Shown in pieces: positions 20,874 through 35,106 of a DNA stretch of 38,250 bases. The DNA is taken from positions 124,001 through 162,250 of the forward strand of contig KZ538012.1 in NCBI GenBank assembly GCA_000934665.2, written 5' to 3'. A program made the position numbers and the translations under genes. How positions within the stretch are numbered: position 1 is the first letter of the stretch; every line of letters starts with the position of its first letter. The stretch is from Catajapyx aquilonaris (Eukaryota). The notes beneath the pieces are model-generated. The model had not been told where the DNA came from, did no database searches, and saw only the letters and a program-made list of their open reading frames with translations.

Positions 20874-23800
20874 TCCTGAAAAAAATGGAAGTATCTACTA
20901 ACTTCAGCACTCACCATTATGCCATTATCAATATTATCAAGCAAGTGCCACTGACCTAGCGAAGGTCAGTGGAGTTATCTTACAAGTTATATCAATACTG
21001 GTTGTGTGGTGGGTCAATTATTTCCATGTACTCATTTGCACTACCTGTTCTTTTTTTTCCATGGCCTGACTGGAGTTGACATGATAAATGGCAGTGTTTG
21101 TACATAACTTGAAAAGTGATAACAAAAAATGGGACTTGAGCTTCATTTTGAAGACACCCTTGTCAACTTTCCTAGAATGTGTTTCACTTGCATTTAGTGC
21201 TCCCAATTGAGATCAGGCTCAATAATAATTATGACCTTGCAAACATTGTGCTACATTTTTTTTCTTCTTCAATTCTCTTTCTATAAAATCCCACCACTCC
21301 ATATTCTTCAAACTGACCATTACTAAGTGGCATGTCAAACAAAAAGCAATACACATAATGAGTAAATTATGCCTAGAGTCGAGTCTCCCTGATGCTCTAA
21401 AAATTCATGTCCAGAATTTTCTCTATGTACGGTACACCAAAAATACACTAAATATCCTCCCTGGAGTGTAGCAAAAGTTCCATATTGGGCAAGCTTCCAT
21501 GCAACCCAGGTTTCACTACAGACACGTATTGCACCTGATTTCTCATATAAATTAGGAGAATTGTAGAAATAAGCCTCGACAGAAATGTTTGGTCATACAC
21601 CTTCCATATAAAGGATAAAATAAGAAACATAAAAAAGCAACGTTCCACTTAAAAGCTTCAAGTCATGATGGTAAGTGAATCCCTTGAGGCAAGAAGAGAA
21701 ACTCCATTCGGGCACAGATGTGAGGGGAATAAAGCGACCTATTAAGGCTCTTGGCATTGATGGAATAATTCACAAGGTCTCACTTTCTCAGAGATTGAAA
21801 GATGATGCTGGATGTATTGGCTCGACTTTGTCTCATGTCGGGAAATAAATGTAGAAAGAAAATGTGAAAGAAATTGCATCCGGAGCTTTCCACCGACCAT
21901 AAAAATCCTTCCCTGAGACGAAAATTCCGCCCTGACCGCACAATTTGCAAAAAGAATGCAAGCTGGGAAAGTTGTCAATAACTTTCTCAGGTGAACAATC
22001 GTCCCAAAGAAACTATATTACTTGTATGAAAAGACATTACTTGCAGGATTGCACAAAATTTGCTCATGAGAGAAAGTCTGCCAACATAATTTCAGCTTCA
22101 TGTCATGCCAAATCTCTATAAGGGTTACTATCAGCACATCTTTTGAACACTAGACTGTATACTCTGAATGCACCATACATATGTTCAAAATGCACCTGAT
22201 CGTATATGGGCCACTCAAGTGCATGACACGTAAGTCATTAATTTTGGTTAGATGCAAAAATCCGTGAAAGCTTATTAAGCAGGCCTTTTTCATGCAGAAG
22301 ACAACTTCAAAATATGGGCTAACTGGCATCGAGTCCTCTGCTACGCAAAACTGCGTACAGCAAGGACCTGCTACCAAGCAGCTTTTGCGAATGTAAATCA
22401 CTGCCAAAAGAAGTTCACCTGTTCCAATTATTGCGCCCAGGCAGCATAATTGGATGAAATGTGGGTAGGTCCATGCTAGACTTCTTTTTTTGCCATCTGA
22501 ATGCCAGGTGATGCATCCAAGTGGATAAAATTGCATTGAATTTTGCCTATACACCGCCTTGTCTGACATCTGCAACTCTCACACCAGAACTCGGCTACTT
22601 GTCCGACGTCAATCGAGTATGGACGTTGACATGATTTGTAGGAACCACTTTCAGTTCATGCACCTTGTTGGCATGTTTGCTTCAAATTACCCTGCTAAGT
22701 GAGGGAAAATCCGACACCGTGACCAAGACGGGCATGGTTACTGAAATAACTGCAAACAAGTCACGTACCACATTAGCTAAGAATTACGGCTTCAGTCATT
22801 TAACGTTCATGCTCTGGTGTGTTTTTTTTTTTTTTCATTCCAACAAGGCGACAACTAAAAGGCGTCTTGTATCATAAAAATATCGAATCGAAAATTCAGC
22901 TCGATTTCGAATATACCGGGCGTACCAGCATAACAAAAGGTGAAGTTACAATCGGGTATGCTCTAATCTATGGTCATGATTCTGACCCTGTAATCCAGAT
23001 CTGATAAAAATTACGAAAGTAGCCAAGCTCCCGCTTCAATGCAGCTTTATTCTGTGTGAAAATGCGACTGTGGCCTATTTTCAAGGCTACAAAGAGTCAT
23101 TTCCACGTTTGTTTACTACAATATGTTCCTTCTTAGGCCGGGAGTACCATAATAAATAAAACGTACTTAATTATGTTTATTACACCGAATGTATACGAAT
23201 TTCGGATATTTTCGCGGAGTTACCAGAGCGTAACGCATTCAACCCTTCCAAACTGTGTCTCGTACATAGTAATTAACCCAAGCTTTGAACTCTTCAGTGC
23301 CAGGAAAGAAATCTGGCCAAAATTGCCAAAAATCTCGGAGAAAAGACGACTGTTGGGTTACCTCTATGTAGTTATTAATACAATAATAGGTGAAACTATC
23401 GATGCTATTCAAAGGCGCCGTATTCTGCAAAACGATCGCAAAAATTATTGACACATTTATTTACAACGGCGATAAAAAGGGCAGTGAATTTGTGCCGATT
23501 TATTGTAACACCGATGCTGATTTCCCTGATAACACGAATTATCCGCAATTAGATGCCATGCGTGCGTTATTTAAATTCCGGTTCCAGTACGTAAAGGCCC
23601 AACCCCCAATAGTCCAGCAGCCGGCCAAAATGTCGCATGTTAGGACCCACTTATATCATGTGACAATAGACCCAGCATCGAAAGTGTCTCACGCAAATGC
23701 AACACCGCACGACAACCGGTACGCAAAAAAACAACAACAACAACAAAAAAAAAAGAAGCCACGGAGCAGACAAAAGCCCGCCACATGTAAAAGTCGGGCT

Positions 23801-24364
23801 TGCGGTCCAAGTGCAAGTGACCAAAAGGGGGTTCCGGCGATTAATAGCCAAAAAGGAAGATGGGTTCCTTAGCTTCTTTTGGTCGTCCCACTTTTAGGGG
23901 GGAGGACTCCTCCTCCTCCTCCATCCCCCTCCATCCAAGTGCAGCCTCCGAAATGAGGGTCAGTGAAAGTCGAAGAAGGACTGTTGGCAGAAAAGCGGCT
24001 GACTTGACTGAGTCCATCCGTCGGGATTCCCTTTTGCCAGTCTACTTATTAGTGCTGCTGGTAGTGCACAAGGTCCACAGTCCACCGGTTGTGTCCGCTG
24101 CTGCTGGATGGAACCGCTGCACAGCGCCGTCCATTGCCGCCATCCACTGTCAAGGTAACGTCGTACTATAGCACGTGCGTGCGCCCCACTCACAAGCCGT
24201 ACCGAGTCGGGCACCCACATTCACTGTACCAGATTCGTGGAGGAAGTGGAATATTTGTGTGTCACGACCACATCAGCGACGATCGGTGGCTGAGAGTTCC
24301 GATGAGTGTGACATGAAGAGTAATTACTTGTTCTGTTTTGGTTAAGGACTTGCTGACGATCATA

Positions 24365-27300
24365 ATGCAGTTGTGCCGAGTGTTGATGGCACTAATGGTG
24401 GTGCTGCTGTCGGTGGTGCCCGGGGCCAACTGCTTCGGGCTGCTCACTCTGACGCTGCTGATTGTGGCCAAGATCAAGGGCGCGGTACTGGCGGGTGTGC
24501 CCTTGGCAGTCGGCGGCTTTCTTCTGGGAGAAGGATTGGGCTTCCTCAAGGGAACTATCTTCGGGAAGCTGAAGGCCATCAAGGGCATTGCGGTGCATCG
24601 GTACAAGCAGCATCATGATCACTATGGCCATGCAGGCACGGCCCAGTTCCTCAAGACTTTAGGATACACCCTAGGACAGTACCTGGGGGCTGGACCCGCC
24701 ATTGCGTCCTACGCCAGTAATTTCAAGAACCAGCACTTGACTCTCAAGAACCAGCAGTTTTCCGGTTATTATCCGGGCCACTTCTCTAGCAGTGGCTCTG
24801 GCTATATAACGCCAGCGACCGCAGTCTACATCAGACAACTTCAACGACGACGGCAGCAAATCCTCCTTGCTGCCAAACTCAAGGCCCTTATGGCTCAACA
24901 AGGATATGGGTACCGGCCGTATGTCAAGAACAGCGGCAATTCAGGGTACGCAATAGTATTCCTTTCACTAATCGACGAGGGAATATGATCTGTCACTACG
25001 GGCCAGTTGCGTGACCGATAGTGTAAATTCACAACAATAATAATCCACCTGATCTGGAACACGCAACAGGCCCTGCCAAAACACTGTAAAACTTCATAAC
25101 CGCAAGCTACTAAACCACAATAACATTCATCGACTGCACCAATTTGAACAATTGGATTAGTCTTTTGAGTGGCGGCAACACTGACACACTAAAGAATAAA
25201 TGGGCAACGGGAAAAAGCCACAACTGCTGTTCAATCCTCCGTAATATTGCCTCCATTCACGTCATGACGCTTTGGTCCCAGTGCCACACTTAGGACCCCA
25301 AACCTATCTGAAAGTGTCCTCATTCAGTGCAATGGCGTGTCGCATGGCTTCTGGCATCTCATTAACACCTACAAAGAGTCCGATTTTGAGTCCTGGGTTC
25401 ATCACGTGATCAGGAATGAATAGAGCTTGAAACAACCACGATTGTGCATAGCTTTTACCTCGGCCATCTGCAGCTTAGAACCTTTTTTGCCACTTCCTAA
25501 TCTGCAGTCAGTGATACGCCTTCATCATCATAAAAATTTGGATGAATTGAAAGAGAGTTGTTAACAAGGTTTCGGCTGTAAAACATCCCCAGAAAAAGAC
25601 GTCGTAAATATACCTAACAATTGTGCAAGTCTCGTAACCTTTCGGTTTAAATGACAGCAAAAAAAAAAAAAAAGACAAAAGGCCCCATGACACAACCTTA
25701 TGAGATGTTTGTCTACTGGACGAATTTAATAGCCGGGCAAAGAAAACTTTACTTTGTCTATTTCGATTTTAAAATTTATTACCCACTGTAGTGTGATGAT
25801 TTGTAATCGGTTTCATTTATCATTATCTAGATCGGAATGTAATCGCGCACTTTTCGGCTACTGCTTTTCTGGAGAAGGATATCCTTCACTTGAAATTTTC
25901 TCCCCATTCTTGGTATTCGATTGGATACACCTAGACCGGACCAATAGCACATCCCATTGCGGTACTTATCTAAAAAATACTATTTGTAAAAATTGACTAA
26001 CTCAAATAGGGATGTCACCTAGCGCTATGTCGTGTTTTTTTTTACCGCACATCAACACGTCTTCGTTGGAATATATCACGTGTGTACGTTATTATTTCCG
26101 CCGGGCAAAACTCGTTTCTTCGGTTAAAAGTAATTAGGCGAGTCCCAAACTCCATGAATCTGTAGTGATTTTAGATAGTTCTTCCAATAGCAATTTGGGT
26201 ACGGTATCAAAATACTTAAGTCCTTACTCTACAACGAAAATCCAAGCAGTGCGGTGGTGACGGCCTATCCTAAAATGGCACATGATTTCATTAACCTTAC
26301 TAGCCTTTCAAAAATGTCGTCACCTCCATCAATAGCACCAGAATTTCGCGAATACTGTTCCTCATAAAAACTCATGCAACATATCGCAGCACGAAGCACT
26401 CTAAGTGGGTACCTATAATTCCCATTGTCAGTGAGTAAAAAAGATAAACCGCGTTAAGTTTAAAACTACCTCAGTTTTTACGCCGTTCGTTGAGAAGCGA
26501 CATTTTGCTATTTTTGTGTGGGTGGACAAAAAAATTGTCTCATGGTCCGACGATACGTTGATGGGATATTTGCCTTTCCATCAATGAATATTGTTTCCAG
26601 ATCATTGTCGAATGTGTTCCTGGGCCGGCAAGTTCCTCTGCCCAGAGATTTTAACGATCAATTGTTGCAATCGCAGTTGTAACATTATTTATGGAAAGAC
26701 AAACACCCCATTCATCATCGGGCCATGGACAATTTTTTGTTCACCCACACGCAACGGTAAAAAAAAAATCGCAAATATTTCTCGTCCCACCGAATCGAGT
26801 AAAAATTGGGGTCGCTCTACACTTAATGTGGTTTAAATTCTATTAGCTCACTTATATCTAGAATTATTGGCACCCCGTTGCAGTGCTTGAACCAGGCCTG
26901 TAATATATTTCACGAATTTTATGCAAGAGTATTCTCACAATAAATTCTGGTGCCAATTGCAGTGACCATATTTTTGAAATGGACAGTAACAAAAACCTAA
27001 GCAGGCCGTCGTGATTAGGCATAACATAATTATATGGCTAATATATTGTACTGTCAGCCAGAACTTGACATTTTCATTACAATTTCCACGACGATTTGGC
27101 ATCATTTTCAATAATTGTATTCAGATGCTCCCCATTTTGCTTTCTATGCCAAATTGATCTATGCATGTAGGGTATCTGTGACACTGAAAAAAGAGATTTC
27201 TCACTTATATCGGCACAAAAAGAATCAATACAGAGAGAGTTGAGACGAAAGCGGTTAAGACCAATAATTATTCACTGCAGCCCCACTTTTCCGAATATCA

Positions 27301-30300
27301 GTGATATGCACTGATATGTAGAATACTCTTGACATATGTCAACAAGAACAGGTCATGTGTGTGCTTTTTTTCTCCCCTTTTTCTCCCCTAACCATTCGAC
27401 TTCTGATCAGGTGGTATCCACTTGATATTCCATCCCGTTGGGATTGCCCCACTTTCCTCAACAAACTTGATGTTGCCGCAATTATCTACGAATTATATTC
27501 TTTCCATTGATCTTATCATCATTACTATCATTATTACAACACTTTCGTCCAACCGCTGATTCCGCCAGGTAATGACAGGTGCCGGATTCCCAACCACCTA
27601 ATTCGGCCATCCACAATTAAACGCCACCAATACGAATTAACTAGTAGGATGACCTACCGTACTACTTCTATCAAAACAACAAAACGTTTCTTTTCATACG
27701 TCCTTCGGTGACGAATGCTCCGATAATACTTGCACTCTTTCCTGCCAAGCAGCCTACTTCTGCTAATTACTCGCAAATCCACTATATTTTGGCAATGGTC
27801 AACAATTCATGGTTGCGTGATGTTGCACCGCACGCGTAATTTCACGCGCTGCTTCACACCAAAATGAATCCGTCACGCCACCTGGAAATTCTTAAAAGCA
27901 CCTCTAATTGAAACCAATTATTATAACCACGATCTTTCACAAATATTTTGGGTGTTTTCAGGCACCTGAGCCATACCTATTACAAGAGGAAGAAGAGACA
28001 GGACGAGTACGGTTCCCTACTGCAATTGCTGGACATGATGAAAGATGAGGAGCTGGACTTGTCCCCAACTGAGTTGGGGATGCCCATGGACGACATCCCT
28101 GAAGAACTCATCGAAGACACCCCATCACAGATAGAGGAATTGAAAGATTCGGATGATAAAACTCAGGAGCCATTGATTCCGACCCAACTGATGTCGGAGA
28201 TTGAGACTTTCTTCACAGTGGTGGCCAGCTATGACCAGAACGATTGCTTGCAGAAAATGGTGTGTGATATCCACGCCCGGCAGGACCAGGAGGACTACAA
28301 CCCGACTGAATACGAGTTCAACGTCATTGCCGTTTTCAAGTGAGTCGAAAACCGGCCTGGTTGGCCCACAAGGTCGACCAGATGCCATCCTAATAGTTAT
28401 ATTAGGATGATGCATGATAAACACATGTTATAGGGGGGCCATACTCAACTCATTTTTTGATCATTAAGGACCAGGCATAATATGAGCCTAATTTTCGAAA
28501 TCGTCGCAATATATTTCATTCGATCCTAATCTTTCACGGATCCTTCGTTCCATTATAAAATTATGCCACAGCATACCGGATGTCCTAATTGTGACGACAT
28601 GCGTCATCGAACATGTTCAAAGACCTTATTCTGCCTGAAGTGCATCAAAGGCCGGTTCTCAACTTCGATTGAACTGTAGTCAGATTACGAGCTTTGTTGA
28701 TCAACAACAAAAAGGTCAGACGATATTGCACAACGACACTCACTTGACACCGGCAGGGATCTAATCGCCCGTAAATATCAGCTATACAGACAAGTGCAAT
28801 AAAACAGTTCTAAATTCCTACTCGTCGCTAGCTACGCGATACATTCAGGGCGTCGAAAAAAGTTAGAAGAAAAAAAAAAGTATGAGAAGTTCACGGTTGG
28901 TTATCAGGACGGAGGGATGCAATATTTTTCCACGCCATTTCCCGACCATGAACTTCTCTAAATGCCTACAAAAAATAGTGTGCCAACTATCATCTTCGTC
29001 ATTAAGTCGTTGCTAGGCGCGTGACACGCCGCAAATTCTAAGAATTCGGAGAGAAAGTTCAGTAGCAACTTGGGGAAATCGGGCGTAGCTCTTCCGGTTC
29101 TAGACAGGAGTCGTTTGACACATCGGACTTGCCAGCACAACTTCCAGGGCGATTAATCCTCAGAATCAGAGCATGTATAAGAAAACGTAACATTATGTTC
29201 CAGTTGCCCGCGGAAAAACTACAAAAAAAGAAGCATTAGATTGACCCAGTCCCTTAATTCAGTCAGTAGCTACTTAACTAACGCCACAAGTTTTAATATT
29301 AATTCTCTACCTTGTTTGTCACTCCTTTGACCAAGCGCATCCTTAATTAGCGGCCAATTACACCAGAATTCTCAAACGTAAAAATACACCGTAAGGGACA
29401 AGTAACGGGCAGCATGTTACGATGCCAAAAAGCAAATCCCATCACACGTTTTGCTCCTATGGAATAATTACGGCCCACACGGTGGAACTAAGCGCATTCA
29501 GATTGCATCAGAGGATTGGCAGAATTTCCCCAACTTTCTTCCCGGATCCTTAAAGATACAATATGGCGCGTATTCACTCTACCCTTGACTACAGGTCCCC
29601 GCCAACGCACATCAAGACTTACTTTCACCAGCGACTGTAGTTGCCACCCCACACCCGTATGTACCTGACGTGAAAGTGCTTATTGGAACCGGTACCTCCT
29701 ATTCATAAGTATTTTTCCTTCGCACCATACCGCTACGCATTCACGCAACTAATTTCTGGCACCTATTAATGCTAAAATATAATTCTGCTCATATTATACA
29801 TATCAACTTGAACGTTTGTTCCGGCAACAGATTAAATATATTAAAAAATTCAAAATATTTATTTTAAAAACCGGAATGAAATGTTAGCATAGATAAAACT
29901 CACAAATTAAGCGAATGTGAAAAGTGGTTAGGATCAGACGGAGAAAGAAGAGAAAGAGACGGGGGGGAAAAAAAGTTGCAGCAGCATCTTGCAAGGCATG
30001 TTCTTTCGTGAAAGTGGAGTGAGGTTAGAAACAAATTCATGAACTAGAAACGATTCTCGTACTGAATGTCACAGTTTTTGGGAAGGACGTCGCGTCGGAA
30101 GAGACCGGCTTCTATTGTGGAAAATTTCATGGGTGGAGAAATTACAGGGGATGGCATTAATTAGATTCGGTGTGCGCTAACTGTTGCGATGACACTTTAC
30201 GACTGGAGATGTCGTTAGGCATTATAACACAGGTATTAGAGAAACTGGATGCAAAAGAGACGCTCTGAGATTGTTTAACTTTCATTTGTTAAGGACCTAT

Positions 30301-30652
30301 CAACCAAAGGTCCATTCGAGTGGGTTTTAAAAATTATCGAGTGTATACCAAGTGAAACCTGTCTATGCAGTGTAATGATCCCTGAACAGGGTGGAAACTT
30401 GTCTATGATGTTGTTGTTGTTATAGGCCAATTGTTTGAAAAAATACACACCGCCTTCTCAATTTCCAGGCTCCTAAATGCAGTGCTTCCATTCAACCTAC
30501 GTGACAAGACTTACAACTACAGGCTAGCTGCCAATTTGGGAGAGAACAGTCGCGAACCGGATATGTGCAAATCCGCCTATACGTCATGCACCTATGACAC
30601 CCCGAGCATACTCAAAATGGCAGCCACGGTCAAAAGTAAGGAAGAAACTTGA
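24365..30652 (+). CDS. Secreted DM4/DM12-like 4-Cys domain protein, paralog B (~380 aa); exons 24365-24945, 27962-28339, 30469-30652
   Basis: Signal peptide MQLCRVLMALMVVLLSVVPGANC; L/G/K-rich then G/Y/H/Q-rich region; KRKKR site; acidic spacer; DQNDCLQKMVCDIHA...YRLAANLGE...CKSAYTSC. Introns GG|GTACGC..TTTTCAG and AA|GTGAGT..TTTCCAG, both phase 2; 581+378+184=1143 nt. Confidence 0.9.
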
Positions 30653-32339
30653 CCTCCAGCTGCCTCATCGCACATCACCTAGACGTCGTGCGTCACTATC
30701 AGCAGCAACTAGTCCACGTCTGTGTCGTTGATCGTCAATATAATAATAGTGCTCAAGCATGTGGCCAAAATGAACCCACTCTACGTATACAGTAGTTCCT
30801 GTGACGTCCGCCGCAGCCCTCGGATCACTTGCACACACAAAAATAAGGTGGCCATAACGCACTCGTCAAAACCTCATTGTTGTTATGAACTCGGTCTTTG
30901 CCATGCAGTGGACAGGAAGTGGCAAAGGACACTAATTGGAACTCTAATTGTAAGGAAAAGAACTGGATCCCGTCTTCCTTATCAAGAGATCGTCTTCAAG
31001 ACCCGACAAACCTAATGGGCATTCCATCTTCAGGTGTTTTATTCAAACCGGCTTGCGTCAGTGTTTTTTTTTTTTAGTCAACACGTAAATGGGTATACCA
31101 TGGAGGTTCGGAGAATAAATGGTCGCATTTACGGGCCGTTCTCAAGAGACGTTGCATCCCGTTGGCGTACATGTATATTCAAAATTACCGCCTCTATGTG
31201 ATTCAAGATGTCAGTCCTCATCTGGTCCTCATGTCATTCGAAGCGCGATTTTTGAAATATTTCCTACACCTCGATTGGCTCGTGAATCCAAACCGACGTC
31301 AAAAGTATATGTTGATCGTTGACGGTACTTGGTGCAAAGATTCCGGAGATTACGAAGCCGAGTAAATGACTTAAGAACACAGGCGCAAGCTGCTCTAAGT
31401 TACATTCGGATGTTCCTATGTTTGACATGTGCGCCTAGGAGTTGCCAAAATAATACTTCGGTGTTTGAAATCACTTTTGTTACTTTTATGTTCGTTTTGA
31501 ACATTGTTGTGTTGACAGATTTATTTATTGTTCATATATTGTTACGTTTTTATCTTAGTACAGTTATTTTGTTACGTTGATTCAATATCCCCGTGCGGAA
31601 GTGGTTGCAGTTTAACTGCTTGTCAGATATGACAGGTCTATATGCCGAGCTACTTCAATTGGTGCACCTCTCAGTAGGATTTTTTTTACGAGGTATTTCC
31701 ATGGTGCATTACAGTTTCATATTAAATATCTCCCCGAAAAACATGGTATTCTGATTAATGTTGTTGTTACACCTGATTTATTACCACAATTTTGTTGTTA
31801 ATAAATGCTCGTGACTGTGTACGAAAATGATGGGAGTACAAAATAAATATCACTGTTAAATGCTATTTACTGTGGCGACAATTTCGCCATTTCATTATTT
31901 CGGAAACCAGAGAAGGGTACTGCTGTCAGGAGCCTTTCTCAGCTGACATTGTTGAAAGTCATTGATGTCCATTGGGATGTCAGTACCACCCTCTGGTTGA
32001 AGCAGCAATACTTCGATAAAAAGCTGAGAAGAATATCATGATTACATATGTGCTGGAGTTGCACGAACCACGCGCATAATTCCAGTTATTTCATAATATG
32101 AACGTAATAATGGCCTGGTGGTCATAAGAAAACTCTTACAAGCATCCCAGCGTTAAATCAAATGCACATACATTATATCTCGTAATGTCAAGCAGAAGCA
32201 GCAGATGGTAACCGCGCTAAATTAGCCAACGTCCAATCCAGTTCTTCCAAAAGTATTAAATATTAGCTGACAAGAAAAATATTGGCAGTTATACGGCATC
32301 TGTCCAAGGTGATGCCAACTGATTTACTGACCTCTCAGC

Positions 32340-35106
32340 ATGACCAAAATAGGTGAGTAACGCACTGTATTTCAAAATTCAATAATATGGAGAACTATAG
32401 TGAAGCTATACGTATAGGTACAACTAACACCATCGTGTACTCTTGGAAAATTCCCGATAATTACATGCATGCTGTGATTGTACCCTTTCTATCCCCGATA
32501 CCTCCCATTGCACCGACAAAACTAACATTCCAAGTCATTTGGGGCTCGAAATCTAGTCGATGACCTTTCCATGCCAGTCATGGATACCCACAAAACACAT
32601 CAATTAGGATCGCCCGAAATATATGGTTAAACGAAAATCCTGGATGGCACACGATATCCGAAAGGTGAGAGTGTGCCTGTTACCACCTGTACACAACTAT
32701 GCGTTACAGGTCCCATCGTGTTGACTGCCCTGCTAATGGTGGTGAGAGACAGTGCATGCGAGAAGAAAGGCTCATCCGCCGGCTACTACCATGTGCACGC
32801 CAAGCCATTAGAGAAGCGTCTCTTCAACACGTCCATCAGCGTGGGAGTGCCCCTCTTCTCCTTTACCATCCCCAGGAAAGATCTCTACCACCATGACGAC
32901 TATCACGATTACCACCACGACCATTACGCTGGAGAAAAAGGCCCCACTTTGGAGTCCATCATATACGCAATCGACCCCTTGAACCAGTTTCTATACGGCC
33001 TGGTGGGTTTTGGTCTGGTGGCTCTATTGGCCATCTTCGCCATGTTTGTGGGCAATGACGGCAGTGACGGTAGGGGAGGTCGTGACCTTTACCAGACGCC
33101 TCTGTTTGCTCATCACGATAGCTATCAGATACGAGGAATCTTGACTGTGGAGGACGTGGGTCTACATCCGAATCAGTGCTTGCAGAAAACTCTGTGCCAA
33201 ACAGCACGGCTTCGACACAATTTCATCCTAGGAGTGCTGCTACCATACGTCTTTCAGTAGGTATACTTTGTCTTCTGCTGCTTTTGTCAGCTTATAGGTA
33301 GGTGGAAAAGAGCTCTTCAAAGGGAGGAATTCAAACGTATATGGGTCACTCGACCGAAGCCGGAGAAATTGTTACGCCCTCGTCCATGCAAATTATCCGA
33401 CCGCGAACATTGATAGCTTTTTAAAGTACAGCGTAGGAGGCACGTTCGTGCAATAATAAAATTACGATGAGTAGCCTCAGGGAAGGCCAAGCAGGATTCT
33501 ATGAGTGGGTAGATTACAACTAAACTTTTACATCTGGTTGAAATGCACGACAAAAAATTACCATTGTATACAATGATATTACAGTATGATGTAATGCATT
33601 ACACGGCTTGAAGCGAAGTTATTAATAGTTATTAAATTGTCCAGGCACAGGGACTGAGATCTTCAACTGTAGGTGGCTATTACTGAACTATAATATTGTG
33701 GATCATATAGTTATATTTGAAGTATTTCTACGGTATCAGTTCGGTTTCAGATATTATGTAGGTTGCACCAAGGATCCACTTCAAAGAACGGCCATTCATT
33801 TTTTTAAACCTCAATCTAGTTAGGTACAGTGCAGTGAGTGCCACCTTTTTATGCTAGCATTATAAACAAGTCATAAAACAAGACTAGTTATGGTGATTTG
33901 TGCATCTCTAAACACTATTTGGTGCATTTTTCCTTCATAGGATTCCATATCTCGGCTTTAGAATGAGACTAATTAATATCAATCATTGATTTATGACATT
34001 TTTAAAATCATCACCGGATACAGTACATTAAATACAGGTAGTACCCATTTTACGCCGGTAATTGGTTCCAGCAAAATGCGTACAAAATTATAATGTAAGT
34101 AAATGAGATAGGTTTCAAGATTTCCACAATTTTCCCTCAGACAGTAGCCTACTTAAATTGCTGTTTTTAACGCTGATTATTTGAAACATTTATTGTGCAC
34201 GTTTAATGGGAGGTTCCAGGTTGAGGGTCATCGGGTTCTGAGGCCTCTTTTCCCTTCTTTTGGCAAGAACTGCAGTAGACGTAGGGTATTTAACAGACAC
34301 CAGAGAGTGCCGAGACCAACAATACGGTACTGCATTTATCGATAGACCCCTCCCCAAGGCACTATGAAAAAAATAAAAAAGAGCATTTGTGGTCCTGTGT
34401 TTGGACTCAGAAGTGTTGCAGTGATGTGTTTATGATCAAACTGTGTTATCGTCAATTTTTTCACAATTTTTCAATTTAAATTTTTTTAAACGTCATTTTC
34501 AAACCGGCGTTAATGTGAAACTGCGTAAAACGGGTACTTACTGTACCATAATAAATACGAGATTTTTTCCCGGTTCAATAGTTTCGATTCGATTGCATAT
34601 TGCAATCAATAACTTTTTCACACTATACAGATCGCGATTTTCTCCGAGATGAGACCCAATGCATATTCGTCTTAAATATCCACTCCTTTTATTTAATTAG
34701 ATCATTAATGTTGTTTAAAAACCCGTCAAAAATGGCGCATTACATTTTAAAATGTGCATCACGCAATTGCGCCACTTTACATCACAGGCCAACTAATATA
34801 ACCAGACATGAGCAATTATAAAAAGGAAACTGAATAACTTTGGGCAGTCCAGTTTCCACGGAGTTTTCTCACAATTTCTGCATGATCTTTCCCATGTCAA
34901 TTTCCCGCCTCAGTTTACCAGGAGCGCATGAATTACCCAATAGTCAAAATGATGTCATCCTTCTCAGGTACGACGCCAAAAAAGACGAATCGTCCATCCC
35001 ATGTGAGGACCTGCACGAGTGCCTCTTCGACCCTGTGACCCTCATCGAGTATGTCACCGCGTACGTTTCGCACTGGTTTGCATCGAAAGTGCTGATTCCA
35101 GATTGA
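32340..35106 (+). CDS. Secreted/membrane DM4/DM12-like 4-Cys domain protein, paralog C (~250 aa); exons 32340-32352, 32710-33256, 34914-35106
   Basis: 13-nt first coding segment ATGACCAAAATAG|GTGAGT completes signal peptide MTKIGPIVLTALLMVVRDSAC; His/Asp/Tyr tract; hydrophobic segment; RGGR; NQCLQKTLCQ; donor CA|GTAGGT and acceptor CGCCTCAG (phase 2); PCEDLHECLFD. 13+547+193=753 nt. AATAAA at 35136-35141. Confidence 0.85.
34035..34543. mobile_element. pogo/Tigger-type MITE with TA TSD in intron of paralog C
   Basis: TA|CAGGTAGTACCCATTTTACGC ... GCGTAAAACGGGTACTTACTG|TA. Confidence 0.8.

Noticed and set aside
22600..23400. Exact first (5'UTR) exon of ASRGL1
   Set aside because: An acceptor at 20876 implies an upstream exon and this CpG-rich zone is the likely promoter, but several candidate donors exist and none can be chosen from sequence alone.
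23390..23872. 160-aa ORF upstream of paralog B
   Set aside because: Non-ATG start, runs through a (CAA)n/poly-A tract, no domain or splice support.
32623..32709. Alternative first exon for paralog C (ATG 32623/32644, donor 32665)
   Set aside because: Phase-0 donor into the phase-1 acceptor gives an immediate stop and the intron would be only 45 nt; the 32340 exon fits.
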